Positions 11,556 to 24,044 of a stretch of DNA of 64,000 bases are shown piece after piece. The notes beneath the pieces were generated by a model. It saw only the letters and a list, made by a program, of their open reading frames with translations, was not told the DNA's origin and searched no databases. How positions within the stretch are numbered: the first letter of the stretch is position 1; every line of letters starts with the position of its first letter. The translations under genes were made by a program, and so were the position numbers. The stretch is from Chiloscyllium plagiosum (taxonomy: Eukaryota), in NCBI RefSeq assembly GCF_004010195.1, contig NC_057757.1, positions 1,986,985 to 2,050,984 of the forward strand. The letters run 5' to 3'.

Positions 11556-12077
11556 TCTATTATTGAATACACTCAATAATCAGATTTCTGGTCTCTCAGG
11601 TAATCAAGGGACATGGTGAGCATGTGGTTAAAGTGGAATTAAAGCTGAAAATCAGCCACGTTTGCAATAAAATGGTAGAGTAGGTCTATTCCTGCTTCTA
11701 TTTCTCGTGTTCCTTTTTTGATAATGATCTAACACTCTCTTAAATACCTTCATCATCTGAAGAATGGCTGTGTAAGGAAGTCAACTCATGATTGATTTTA
11801 AACAACGAGTTGTGGTGACCTGGAATGCACTGCCTGAAAGAAGACAGAAGCAGATTCAATGGTAACTTCCAGAGGGGAACTGAAGAAACACTTGTATTGT
11901 AGGGCAGCACAGAGCTGATGCATGATGGGCTGGACAGCCTACGTCGATATCATCCACACCCTGAGCAGCCTGACCTAACATATGTTGAGGAGTGTGAAGG
12001 AGATTTAGTTTGGGGTGGAGGGTAGGAAGAAAGAAAGAAAAGAGAGAGAGAGAGAAGAGAGACAAGGTGAACACAAA

Positions 12078-12555
12078 TCTATTGAGATACTAACAAAAGC
12101 ATTCTATCTGGATGCATCACAGATTGACTTGGTAACTGATCTTTCCAAGACAGCAAGAAGCCAGAGAGAGTTTTGAACATAGCCCAGTCCATTACGTAAA
12201 CCAGCCTTTCATCCATTGGACTCCATCTCTCCTTGCTACCTCAGGAAAGCAACCGAAATAATTAAAGACTCCTCCCCGCCCTGCTATATTCTATTCTGCC
12301 AGGCAGAAGATAAGGAAGTTTGGATACACATATGAATAGATTCAAGAACAGCTTTTCCCCCTGCTGTTATTAGGCTTGTGAATGGACCTCTCAAATTTTA
12401 AACTTCATGCTGATATCGCTGTGTGTGACTTCTCTTGGCAGCGGTAACATTGTTCTATGACCCTCTGCACTTTGTATGGTAAGATCCACCTGTACTGCAC
12501 ACAAACAAAACTTTGCACAGTACCTAGATACGTGACAATAATAAATCAAATCAAA
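12078..12555 (+). mobile_element. Rex1/Babar-type LINE 3' end
   Basis: Degenerate SILSGCIT...VLNIAQSIT...LRKATEIIKD...GRRxGS...NRFKNSF; tail aataaatcaaatcaaa. Confidence 0.7.
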
Positions 12556-12622
12556 GGCTCCTCAGAAATCATGGATTTGAACAAAGCAGGCTGAGAGGGG
12601 AAGTCTGAAATCTCAAACTCAC

Positions 12623-12666
12623 CTTTCATGTGCAGCCTCCCGATTCATCACATCCATGCTCTCCTC
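12623..12666 (-). CDS. FAM122: FAM122/PABIR-family gene, internal coding exon (3rd visible)
   Basis: gttttacgtttcag|...gaaag|gtgagt. 44 nt, phase 0->2, EESMDVMNREAAHE(R) (cf. EEGMDLINRETVHER). Confidence 0.9.
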
Positions 12667-12929
12667 CTGAAACGTAAAACAAGCAATTGCCTTTTACATC
12701 TGTGCTCAGGATTCAGCAATGATCTCAGCCACTCTTCCACAATTAGGTTGAGCCAACAACTGCTAATGATCTTGCACCTGAACTGCACTGCCCAACATTA
12801 TGCTTGGTCACACCCTTCCTGTTTGAGTGAATGCTGCCACTCCAATGTGCTGAACTAATCATATGGACCATCATGCCATCTCGGGTGAATTCTCAATGTG
12901 GTCTCCCCTACACTGGGGAGACAGGAAAA

Positions 12930-13557
12930 CGGATCTTCCTGCAAATCCAAATACACCACCTACTGTGTCCATTGCTCTTGATGTGATCTCCTCTACACTG
13001 GGGAGACAGGATGCTAACTTGTGGAACGTTTCAGGGAACACCTCTGGGACACATACCAAACAACCCCATCACCCTATGGCCAACCAATAATTAAAATGAG
13101 GAATCTTCTCAAATGATTAACAGAGTTGATTCGAAAGAAATCTTTGTCTCATTTCACTTTTGCAGAATATTAATGTTGAGAGTCGAGAGATCTTATTTAT
13201 TTAGTTATCAACTAACCCTTCCACTCCACCAAGGACACACAAGTCCTGGGCCTCTTCCACTGCCAAATCCAAGCCACCCAACACCTGGAGGAAGAATGCC
13301 TCGTCTACCGCCTTCAGACCCTGCAACCACACAGCATCAACGTCAACTTCACCAGTTTCCCCTTTCTCCCCCACCTCCCCCAACCTCAACACTGTCCTAT
13401 CTGTCCACCTTCCTTCCTATTTATCCCCCAGTTCTCCCCGCCCCCCTATACATTTCTGCTGAAGGGCTTTAGCCCAAAATGTAAATTCTCCTGCTCCTCG
13501 GATGCTGCCTGACTTGCTGTGCTGATCTCCAGCATCTGCAGTCCTCACTTTCTCCTG
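12930..13557 (+). mobile_element. Degenerate Penelope-like element 3' part (GIY-YIG remnant plus decayed hammerhead), interrupted ~13088-13215
   Basis: ctctacactggggagacagg (YxGETG) and RLQTLQPHSINVNFTSF. Ends with the same gatgctgcctgac...ctcactttctcct terminus as the other copies. Confidence 0.75.
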
Positions 13558-13714
13558 AATTCTGCATTAGGCCAATTACTAAGAAAGAGTGGAATTATTC
13601 AAGAGGTCAAAAAAGTACCAATGAAGTTCCCACTGACTGGCGTGATTAAGCTTTGCTATGGCTTTCTAGAAGAGTCTTTCATATACTTAATTGTAATGCA
13701 GAAAGAGAAGTCTT

Positions 13715-14235
13715 AATATGAAGTTATATGAATTGGAATGGAAAATTCAGCCCCTCAAAACTGCTCCGCCTTCATAAAGATCATGCCTGATCTAATGTTG
13801 CTTTAATTCCATTTGCCAGTCTGACCCAAAGTCCATGACTCTTTAGTCAATCGAAAACCTACCTAATATAATGGCCCAATCATCACTGCTCACCAAGGGA
13901 GTAAAGTGCAAACACTAACATGACCCCCTGGGTGAAGAAATTCTTCAATTCCATCCTAAAAAGAACAATCTTTATTCTACCCATGACGGGAAACATCCTC
14001 TCAGCATCCACCCTGACGACATCTTGTATGTTTCAATAAGAACACCTCCCATCCTTTTAAACTCCAGCAAGTATGGACCCAACTTGCTCTAACTTTCCTG
14101 ATAAGATGATCCCTTCATCCCAGGCATCAGCTGAGTGAATCTTCCATGAAGTAACAAAGATGAGTAAAACTGGGCACACTAATGTATGTGTGGACCCATT
14201 ACCACATGCAATTGTAGCAATATTCCCTACTTCTA
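13715..14235 (-). mobile_element. Degenerate CR1 LINE 3' part
   Basis: Reverse-complement CR1 3' UTR (cagcccctcaaaactgctccgcc...gatcatgcctgatct) and RNFFTQ motif. Confidence 0.6.
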
Positions 14236-14849
14236 TACGCCACAAGGCAACATAACTTTGTGAGATCAGATGGGTGTGAGAGAGAGCGAGAGCAAGAGTG
14301 AGCGAGAGATCGAATAGCCTGGGTCCATATTTTCTGTAGTTTAGAAGAATACATTAAACTCTTAAGTGGCTCGACAGTAGATGCTGAGAGATGCTGACTG
14401 AAGAAGGGTTAATGTCAGATTATGGGGCTACCCAACGAGGACCAGGAGACTTTTTTTTTCCCAGTTGGGGGTTGTGAATCTTTGAAATTCTCTATGTCAA
14501 AGAATTATGGATGCTCAGTTGTTGGGTTTCCAGTAAGGAAAGAACATGATGGGAGATAGCACAAGGAGGTGGAATTGTGATACATCTGACTGAATGTAAA
14601 AGGATCTTACGGCATAATGGCCCCTAATCCTGCACCTATATTTATAAGCTATTGTATAATTTTATCAGTATTGAGCTGCAGAAAGTCTACTTACCATGTT
14701 GGACATTATCAGTTTCAATTTACGACCAGTAACAAATATTCATGTTGCAGCTTTATCATATACTTAACACGAGCAGTAGCACAAACAAGTCCAATATGAG
14801 GGGCTCCCCCTGCATTGCTCTGTCCATCATGGTGTCCTCTGGAGATCCA

Positions 14850-16420
14850 CTGCACCACAGATGCAATCCTCAGCCAATTCAGTTCATTCCATGTGATAGC
14901 AAGATACAGCCGGAGATACTGGATTCTGAAGGGGCTATCGGTGACAGTTTTCTGGCAACAGCACTGAAGACTTATGGTTCCACCCCTAACCCCATAGAAC
15001 TAAAATACAGGCATCCACTCAGGCATGTGTGAAGTTGCCCAGGTATATGCTGTACACAAAATGCAGGAGAAATCCAGCCCCATCAGTCTACTCTCAACTA
15101 CCAGTAAACTGATGGAAGGAGTGATCAACAGCACTTTCAAACAGCACTTGCAAAGACAATAATCTGTTCAATTCGTATTCTGCCAAAACCACTCAGCTCC
15201 TAACCTCATTATGGCCTTGGACCAAACATGGACAAAAGAGCCGTACTCCAGAGACAAGGTAAAAGTGACTGCCCTTAATAACAAGTTTACAACTGACTAA
15301 GTGTGACATCAAGGAACACTTGCAAAACTAGAGTCAATGGGAATCAGGAGAAAAATTCCACACTGGCTGCAATCATACCTGGCACAAAAGAAGATGGTCA
15401 TCATCGTTGGAGGTCAATCATTTCAGTTTCACTACATCTCTACAGAAGTTCTTCATTGGTAGATATTTGCTAATCAACCTGCTCAGTGAAGTAAGGACAT
15501 GAATTTAAGACTCCTGGCCCTGAGGTGGGGACACTACCATCACACCACAAGCACTCTCAAAGTTCCTCAGGATAATGCCCTTGCCTTAACTATCTTCAGC
15601 TGCTTCACCAAATACCTTCTCTGCATCCTCAGGCCTGAAATGGGATGATCATTGATGATTGCACAGTGTTCAGATACTGAAGCAGTAAATGCCCAAATGT
15701 GACAGGACCTGCGTCGATAAGTGGCAATCAATGGCTATTTCCAACAAGACAGAATCTAACCAATGTCCCTTGAAATTCTTTAATGTCACTAAGTCCCACA
15801 CATAATCAATATCCTGTGTTTTGGGTGGGGGGGAATCACCATTGACCAGAAACTGAATTAGATAGCCACATAAATACTGTGGTTACAACAGCAGGTCAGA
15901 GACTAGGAGTCCTACGACAAGTTACTCATTTCCTGACTCCACAATGCATGCCGGCCAACTGCAAGGCACAAATCAGGAGTATGAGGGAATACTCCTCACT
16001 TGCCTGGATGATGCAGCTCCAACAATACTCAAGAAGCTCGACACCATCCGGGACAAAGCAGACTGCTTGACTGGCACCACATTCACACAGTAGCAGCAGT
16101 GCATATCATTTACAAGATGAACTGCAGAAACTTATCAAAGCTCATTAAACAGCACCTTCCAAACCAATGGCTAATACCACCTGGAGGAAATGGACAGCAG
16201 GTATATACCACCAACACATCCAAGTTCTTCTCCAAGCCATTCATCATCCTAATTCAGAAGTATATGGCCGTTCCTTCACAAAATCCTGGAACTCTCACCT
16301 TTACAGCTGGGTGGGTGTTTCTACACACACTGCTAACTGCAGCTGTTCAAAAACCCTGCTCACCAACACCATCTCAAGACTAATTACAGATGGGCAATAA
16401 GCGCTGGCCCAAACTGGCTA
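14850..16420 (+). mobile_element. Decayed non-LTR LINE (CR1/L2 group, second family) RT region to 3' end
   Basis: KLPRY.VHK...PISLLSTTSKLMEGVINS, HSAPNLIMALDQTWTKE, LAKLESMGIR, VPQDNALALTIFSCF. Tail tgggcaataagcgctggccc. Same family on minus strand at ~50150-50720 and ~38555-38850. Confidence 0.75.
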
Positions 16421-17152
16421 TGTCAGTTGTCAAGACATTTTCTGGAGAAGCAAAAATTCATCCTTCAGAGAATCAGGAAAATTAAGCAAGGCTTGGCTAA
16501 TTTCATTGGCAGAAAAGGAATTAGAATTAAAAGTAGGGCTAAGACAGGAGAACAAATGCAATGTTTAAACAGCATTTCAAAGCGGAAGAAAGAGAAAGCA
16601 TTCCACTTGGTAGTTTAACTTAATTAGCTGGAATTAATTACAGATGAGGCAGCTTTAAGTAGGAAATAAATAAGCAAATATGAAACCTGAATAGGAAATT
16701 GAATTGAAAGAAATCTTTGATCATTTAAGAAGCTGGAACTAAAATTATAAAGAGAAAGAGAACAAGAGACAGAACAGCAAGGGAGCAAGAACGTGCACAT
16801 TGGTTTAAAAGCTGGAAGTAAAAGCAAAATAATCTCCATGAGTCCTCTGCACCTTCTGATGAGGTAGAGGAGAAGGCCAAAAGAAAACTAGAGACTGTTC
16901 ATGAAGGCTGGCAGAGACAGTTTATTAAGTTATTATTGTTAATTTTCTGAGGAGGTTTCTACAGATTATGAGATGGCAAAAAAGGCTTTTCTTGATGCAT
17001 ATGAGTTGGTCCCTGAGGCTTGCAGACAGAAATACTGGAACCACCAGAAGCAGCTTGGAGTTAATTGTAAGAACCCACTAACAAATGCTAAGAACCTACA
17101 CAGAAAACCAGACATTTTCAACACAATCAGACACACAGCCAAGATGGCTGAT

Positions 17153-18537
17153 GAACAAAGAAACAAAGCAAATTTCCAGCCCAGGAACTGGCCCTTCGAC
17201 TCTCCAAGCCTGAGCCGATCCAAATGTACTGTCTAAACCTGTCGATCAATTCCTAACCATCTGTATCGCTCTACTCCCCATCTACTCATGCATTTATCCA
17301 GACGCATCTTAAATGAATCTACCGTGCCTGCCTTTACCACCTCTGCTGGCAACGCGTTACAAACGCCCACCACTCTGTGTGAAGTACTTGCCGCGTGTAT
17401 CCCCCCCCTTAAACTTTCCACCTCTCACCTTGAAAGCGTGACCTGTCGTTATTGAATCCTTCACCCTGAGAAAAAACTTGTCTGTATCCACCCTGTCAGT
17501 ACCCTTCATGATTTTATAAACCTCAATCAGGTCCCCCCTCAATCTCCTTTTTTCTAATGAAAATAAACCAAACCTACTCAACTTTCTTCATTGCTAGCAC
17601 CATCCCCTCCAGGCAACATCCTCGTAAACCTTCCCTGCACCCCCTCCAATGCGTCCACATCCTTTTGGTAATGAGGTGAACAGAACTGTACACAGTATTC
17701 TAAATGCAGCCAAACGAATGTCTTGTACAATGTTAACATGACTTGCCAGCTCTTGTACTCAATACCCCGTCCAATGAATGCAAGCATACTATATGCCTTC
17801 TTGACCACTCTATCCACCTTTGCAGCAACCTTCAGGGTACAATGGACCTGCACTCCCAGATCTCTCTGCCCAGCAACTTTTCACAAGGCTCTTCCGTTCA
17901 TTGTATAATTCGCTCTAGAATTAGTCTTGCCTAAATGCATCACCTTTTCCGCCCAACTCTCCAGTCTATCTATATCCTCTTGTGTTCTCTGACAGTCCCT
18001 TATGCTTTCTGCTACTCCACCAATCTTCGTGTCATCTGCAAACTTGCTCATCATATCAACAATGCTCTCTTCCAGATCATTTATGTATATTAAAAACAAC
18101 AGTGGCCCCAACACTGACCCCTGTGGAACATCACTGGTCATCTTTCTCCATTTCGAGAAACTCTCTTCAACTACTAATCTGAGTCCTGCTGTTCAACCAG
18201 TTCCTTATCCACCGAGCTAAACACCCTGCACACCATATTACTTCACTTTCTCTATTAGTCTACCATGGAGTGGCCCCAACACTGACCCCTGTGGAACATC
18301 ACTGGTCACTTTCTCCATTTCGAGAAACTCTCTTCAACTACTACTCTGAGTCCTGCTGTTCAACCAGTTCCTTATCCACCGAGCTAAACACCCTGCACAC
18401 CATATTACTTCACTTTCTCTATTAGTCTACCATGGGGAACCTTATCAAACACCTTACTGAAGTGCATATATATGACATCAACAGCCCTTCCTTCATCTAT
18501 CAACTTGGTCACTTCCTCGAAGAACTCTATTAAGTTG
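17153..18537 (-). mobile_element. Relatively young CR1 LINE (RT to 3' tail) inserted in the Gypsy gag
   Basis: VPQGSVLGPLLFLIYINDL...SKFADDTK, LEYCVQFCSPHYQKD, LFSLEKRRLRGDLIEVYKIM. The host gag frame rejoins across it (KMADE|YKIVNKSKP). Confidence 0.92.
18101..18435. repeat. Tandem duplication, 168/167 bp x2, within the CR1
   Basis: 18101-18268 and 18269-18435 differ by about one substitution and one indel. Confidence 0.9.
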
Positions 18538-20519
18538 GTACAAGATTGTCAACAAGTCCAAACCCATTTTTCATGACCCTCACAAACCCAAGACGGAAAG
18601 AAGGTGTGAGATGAAAGGAAGGTAGGGGATGAAAGGAAGGCACCTTCAATTCCCAAAACAACGGAAAACATCCTAGGATCTCACCCTCAAGCCAAACACA
18701 AAGGTGGTAAGTAGAACTGATGTCCAAAAGCCTATGTGTCTCCGTTGCCACAAGACAGGACACTTTTGTGCAAATTGTTGGTAGTTTCAAGGTAAACTCA
18801 TGAAACTTACTGGAGTACACAGATCAGTGCAAAGAAATGTGACAAAGTTGTAGTTATGACTGTAGCTGTAAGACAAGATGTAAATACTGTTGTAGGGTGT
18901 AAGGGAGGCAAACAAGAGAAGGGAGAGTTACAGGGAATTCTTGTCAAAAAAAGGTAACTCCTTATTTCTCAAACGAGGCCAAGTACAAATACAGAAAAAC
19001 CTGTATTTCTATTTAGGGATACAAAAGCCACCTAAATTCTTTTGCTAGGGAATTGCATAACATTTCCACTAGAAAGTACTCTGAATGCCCAGTGTTTAGT
19101 GACCGGTACTAGTGGGCAGTATACATACATACCTTTGCATTGGGTGCACCTGGAGTGTGACCAATGCCTGGAATGGACCAATGCCTGGAAGGGTACCGTA
19201 GGGTTTGTCCATTGTTTGTCCGTAGTGACCTGCACATAAAGTCAATACTCCTGGGGAGTGATCTGATTGAACTGAAAACAGTAGCTTCACCAACAGTTAA
19301 GGAGAGGCCGAGTAAAGTCAAGGAGACAAAGCAATTGAAAGAAAAGATTCAAGGATTTTTTCCGTCATGCATCATACCCAAGCAATGGCTAAACAAGTAC
19401 GGAGATCAAGCACAGACAGATATTTGGCTATCTGAAACTTTCTTTGAGATTTGGATAATCTGAAGGAAATGATCAGTAAATATTCTCGGATTAAGGCTTG
19501 GCAAGCCAATCCAGAGTCAAGTCGCACAATTGGTTTGATCCGAAATTAAAGCTGAGAGATTCTAGAATGTTACCAAATTGAAAAGGAGATTCTGATGAGG
19601 AAGTGGAGACCTACTCACAGACCTGCAGATGATGATCAGACAATGATTCACCAGACTGCAGTGCAAACCAAATATTGTCAGGAGATATTAAAAGCATGGG
19701 TAAATCACCTTAGACTTATAGGACAAAGAACAGTGCCACTAAGAGCAGCAAATGTAAAAGCATTCAGTGAATTCCTTACATCCAAGACTGAACAAGAAAT
19801 CATGGTTTTTTTGGGAATGTGTGGTTGCTATTGCAGGTTTGGATCAAATTTCAGCACTATAGTTGCTCCACTGATTACGTGCTGATTGAGAAGTCAGGGA
19901 GTGTCATGTGTCTTCTGAGAAGTCTAAAGCAATTTTGGTTAATGAACCCAGTGTTGGTTCATTTTTTTTCGACCAAAACCTTCAAGATAGCAATTGATGC
20001 TAGTGAACTAGGATAGATGGAGCCCTGCTACAAGAAGATGGGGTAGGTATACGAAACCAGCAGGATATGGATTCTAAAATGTTACCGTAACAGCAACAGG
20101 TATACTGTACACTGGAAAAGAAACTCTTGGGGTGCTACTGAGTCTTAAATACTTTGAAGTAGATGTCCATCACAGCCACAGGGAGACACAAACATATACT
20201 GATTGTAAGCCTTTGTGGGAAAAATTTAAAAACCACAATGTTAAATTACTTCAATGGAGTTTCATATTACAGCCCTAACACTGTCCACACTGAGGAGGAA
20301 AACAATGGACATTCAGATGTTTTGTGGAGAATTTAACGTGCTTTAAATTATCCAAATAGCAACATGAGACCAAAGAGTGAATGAGGATGAGAGGGTAAGT
20401 GTGTCTTCATTTTACTTTTTAAAAGCTACATTTTGTTTTCCTTTATACTTCGCAATGAAAAACATTTAAAATGATGTTTCACTTTTCCAAGGCACTTCTG
20501 TTCTTAACATCTTTTGAAG

Positions 20520-21381
20520 ACTTGCGCCTGAAGTTTTGTGAAAGGTTTTTCCAATGAAGTTCTGAAGAAATACCTGGATGGGTTTGTTTTTTTAAATAGT
20601 GGCGGTCACTGTGGGATATTTCCTTTTAAAAGATGCTGGAAGTGACATGACTTTGGCTACTTACTTAGGCTTACTAGAAGTCAAATGCCTCTAATTATTG
20701 ATGTCAGGCGTTATACATATTTTACTATTGTTTGGAGCTCAGTTGGAACATAACCAGTGAGGAGAGAAATACCCAGCTCAATCTATGCACCTTCCTGAAA
20801 ATTCCATTTCTCAAATTTTTAGATTCCAAAAAAAGTGAAATAGATATTCTTCCCAAGCAGCTTCTAGAAGGTCTCCCTCAAAACCCTCCAAACAAACTGC
20901 ATCTAGAAGGGACAACTACATGTCTTCGTGCCACTCATCTGTGCCTTGTGACGTGTCATAAGGATACCAGACTGACAGCCATTTGGAACATTTATATTTG
21001 TAATGTTGAACTCTCTCAGAATGTACAAGTAATTGGCCAAAGTGTTTTTATTCCAAACTTAATCTCTGCTGATAATACTTACCTTTTTCACTGGTATGTG
21101 TGTCAAGTTATTTAGAATGATAATGTTTATACTTCAAATTTTTTTCAAACTATATTAACCATATTTGTAGCCAAGTCAGCCTTGTTTTCATAATTATCAA
21201 AAAATTAATAATTTTCTTGTTTATTGAAGAAACCTAATTGATGGGTCTTTTCATTCTGAACCTCATGTAGATACATTATATAACTGGCCATATCAATAAC
21301 TACAAAACATTCGAATATATATGTTTGGACTAAATAAATATCGGACAGAAACAATGCACTTCTTCAATCTTGATCGTAACA
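20520..21381 (+). mobile_element. Possible 3' LTR of the Gypsy element
   Basis: Follows the RNase H end and terminates ...gatcgtaaCA. No matching 5' LTR was found. Confidence 0.3.
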
Positions 21382-21514
21382 TAATACACATACAGGATAA
21401 CACTGAGCCACAAATGTACAATTGGAAGTGGGTAATTATGATTGAAAAGGATAAAAGGAATAGTGCCAAGTTTCTTGCGCATAATGCAAAGCTCAGCCAT
21501 AGCACATATTGGGA

Positions 21515-21960
21515 AGGTGATGGCCTAGTTGCATTATCACTGGATGGTTAATCCAGAGACTAGATTGGAGTGGTGCTGGAAAAGCACAGCAGGTCAGGCT
21601 GCATCCGAGGAGCAGGAAAATCGTTTCGGGCAAAAGCCCTTCATCAGGTTAATCCAGAGACCCAGGTAATATTCTGGGGACCCAGATTCAAATCCTGTCA
21701 TAGCAGATGATGGAATCTGAATTCAACAAAAACCTGGAATTAAGAGTCTAATGATGATCATTGTTGATTGTTGGAAAAGTTGGTTCACTAATGTCCTGCA
21801 GGGAAGGAAACTGAATGTGACTCCAGACTGACAGTAATGTTACTGACTTTAACTGTCCTGACACCCTAATTCCATGAATGAATAAAAAATAATATCTACA
21901 CTATCTACACACAGGAATTCGGGATGGGCAATAAATGCCTGCTTAAACCACAAAACCCAT
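21515..21960 (+). mobile_element. Second tRNA-derived shark SINE family (ggcctagt...ggggacccagattcaaatcc...gggatgggcaataaatgc)
   Basis: A/B-box-like head, conserved body ggttcactaatgtcct...gggaaggaaactg. Other copies at ~34010-34390(+), 34920-35220(-), 55975-56155(+) and 60120-60475(+). Confidence 0.7.
21561..21646 (-). mobile_element. 86-bp Penelope-derived hammerhead mini-insertion inside the SINE
   Basis: Perfect 15-bp TSD ggttaatccagagac (21546-21560, 21647-21661). Minus strand reads CTGATGA-agggc(tttt)gccc-GAAACG with the cleavage triplet deleted. Confidence 0.85.
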
Positions 21961-22007
21961 ATCGCATTTTTAGTCTTAAAAAGTAGCAGAAAACTAAAAA
22001 AGATTTT

Positions 22008-22324
22008 GGAGCGGCACAGTGGTTAGCACTGCTTCCTCACAGCGCCAGAGACCTGGGTTCAATTCCCGCCTCAGGCGACTGACTGTGTGGAGTTTGCACA
22101 TTCTCCCCGTGTCTGCGTGGATTTCCTTCGGGTGCTCCAGTTTCCTCCCACAGTCCAAAAATGTGCAGGTCAGGTGAATTGGCCATGCTAAATTGCCCGT
22201 AGCGTTAGGTAAGGGGTAAATGTAAGGTAATGGGTCTGGGTGGGTTGTGCTCCGGCGGGTCAGTGTGGACTTATTGGGCCGAAGGGCCTGTTTCCACGCT
22301 GTGTAATCTAATCTAATCTAATCT
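22008..22324 (+). mobile_element. HE1/V-SINE, full length
   Basis: tRNA head, V-domain, (aatct)n tail. Confidence 0.92.
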
Positions 22325-22705
22325 TTAAAACACGTGTGATTTGCTGCTGGCTACATTCAACCAATTACACACACATGCTAATCATTTCAAGCCAGAGAGA
22401 ACAATTAAGGACTTTTCTGATCTTGACAATGTACATAAAATTTATGAAACACAGATTTTCCATTCTTATAACATAACAGTTCACCAATTATTAAAAACAA
22501 CGCTAAAATCATTCTAATAAGTGAGGTAAAATAAGTTCATGTCCATTGCTAACTGTACACACACTGTGTACACTGTCACGCATCTGTTGGCAATGGCACT
22601 GCCAAATTGTAAAACAACTGACCCGAAGACACCTAGCCTGCAAAGCAAATACCTTGACTTTAACAGGATTAGCCTTTAGGTAAGACATGTAAAGATAACC
22701 CTTAC

Positions 22706-22762
22706 CTGCCGAATCTGGTCAATCCTGCTGCTGAAAGTTCGGAATGGTGACAGCGGGAACGA
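22706..22762 (-). CDS. FAM122: FAM122/PABIR-family gene, internal coding exon (2nd visible)
   Basis: ctctccctccctctatctccag|...cggcag|gtaagg. 57 nt, phase 0->0, SFPLSPFRTFSSRIDQIRQ (cf. LLPASPVRMHSSRLHQIKQ). Confidence 0.9.
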
Positions 22763-23014
22763 CTGGAGATAGAGGGAGGGAGAGAAAACCAAAAGTCCGT
22801 CATTCAAAGTGCACATTGTATTACTAATTGGAAATTGACCTGAATAGTTAGAATTTACATAACAAGCTAAACTGTGGAATCTCTGTTCTGCAATGCAATT
22901 GTGAAGTGAAGTATGATTTGAACAGAAAACAGCCACAAGTGAACAGAGCAAAACAAATCAGGTAAGTTCTTTTCCTAGCTTCCTATGTATGTGATGTCTA
23001 TGAACACATACCTA

Positions 23015-23360
23015 TTCATAGTCATACAGCATGGAAACAGACCCTTCAGTCCAGCCAGTCTATGCTGATCATAATTCCAATCTAAAGTAGCCTCACCTGC
23101 CTGTGCATATCCCTTCAAACATTTCTTATTCATGAACTTATCTAAATGTCTTTTAAACATTGTAACTGTACCCACATCCAACACTTCATTCCACATACAA
23201 ATGACAATATAAAAATAATTTCCCCCATGTCTTTTTTAAAATCTATCGCCTCTCACCTTAAAAATATGCCCGAGTCTTGAAATCCCCCACCCTACAGGAA
23301 AATAAAAAGAGACCAGCCATTCACCTTATCTATATCCTTCATTATTTTATAGACCTCTAT
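23015..23360 (-). mobile_element. CR1 LINE 3' end
   Basis: WNEVLDVGTVTMFKRHLDKFMN; tail ctgtatgactatga. Confidence 0.8.
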
Positions 23361-24044
23361 ATGGATGTTATGTTATGTTATGTTGCTTTTCCTGGTTTGG
23401 TTTTCCAGGCACTGTGGGACAAATCCTTCTTTTGCCTGTATTTTACAAGTATCCCAGCCAAATAAGGCCGTACATGCTAACTTTCATCAGTAACGTGAGT
23501 AACTTGGAAGTTATGTTCCCAGCAAGGTGTGGGTGATTGTTAACAGCCATTCCCTGTATTTAAACCTTTCTGTTCAGGGGGTACAGTTTAATGCTTCTGT
23601 AACAGATTTGACGGCTCTTTACCTGAAATATCAGATGGAGGGTATACCTCAGCACTGACAACTCATTTGGATACAATGCATTTAATGTCCCAAGTGATAA
23701 CAGTGCGGTACATAAAATCTGACACGTATGGATAGTGAGCAAAAGTCTGGGTAAAGAGGTAAATTTTGAGAATGACTTAAGTGTGGGGGGGGATAATGAG
23801 CTGAATGAGTGTGGTCAAGCTCCCACCCACAGAACCAGGGATTTTTAGTTTTCAGCAGCAGTCGCTGCTGGGGGTCTTGAAGATGTGGAAGCTATTTTTT
23901 CCCTCAGTCAATTACAAAAGCTGTGACACTGGCTGCTGGAGTTGCATGTGAGAGAATCTGTTTTCTGAAACTGCCTTTTGCCAAGGGTGCATTTATGGGA
24001 TGTTACTATATTGGAACTGCTTTTAAAGTTATTAAAAACTTTTT

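Larger units (their letters stand above)
16420..20340 (+). mobile_element. Decayed Gmr1-like Gypsy LTR retrotransposon internal region (gag SCAN-like, CCHC, PR, IN fragment, RT/RNase H), split by a CR1 insertion
   Basis: DYEMAKKAFLDAYELVPEACRQKY (16964-), CLRCHKTGHFCANC zinc knuckle (18737-18778), RDTKAT/LLGSDL protease remnant, LMRKWRP...EILKA integrase-proximal segment, FLGMCGCY..F..NFSTIVAPL, FKIAIDAS, EKE, YTD RNase H motifs. Confidence 0.85.

Noticed and set aside
19159-19190. Short direct repeat gaccaatgcctggaa x2
   Set aside because: Small slippage duplication within the dead Gypsy protease region.
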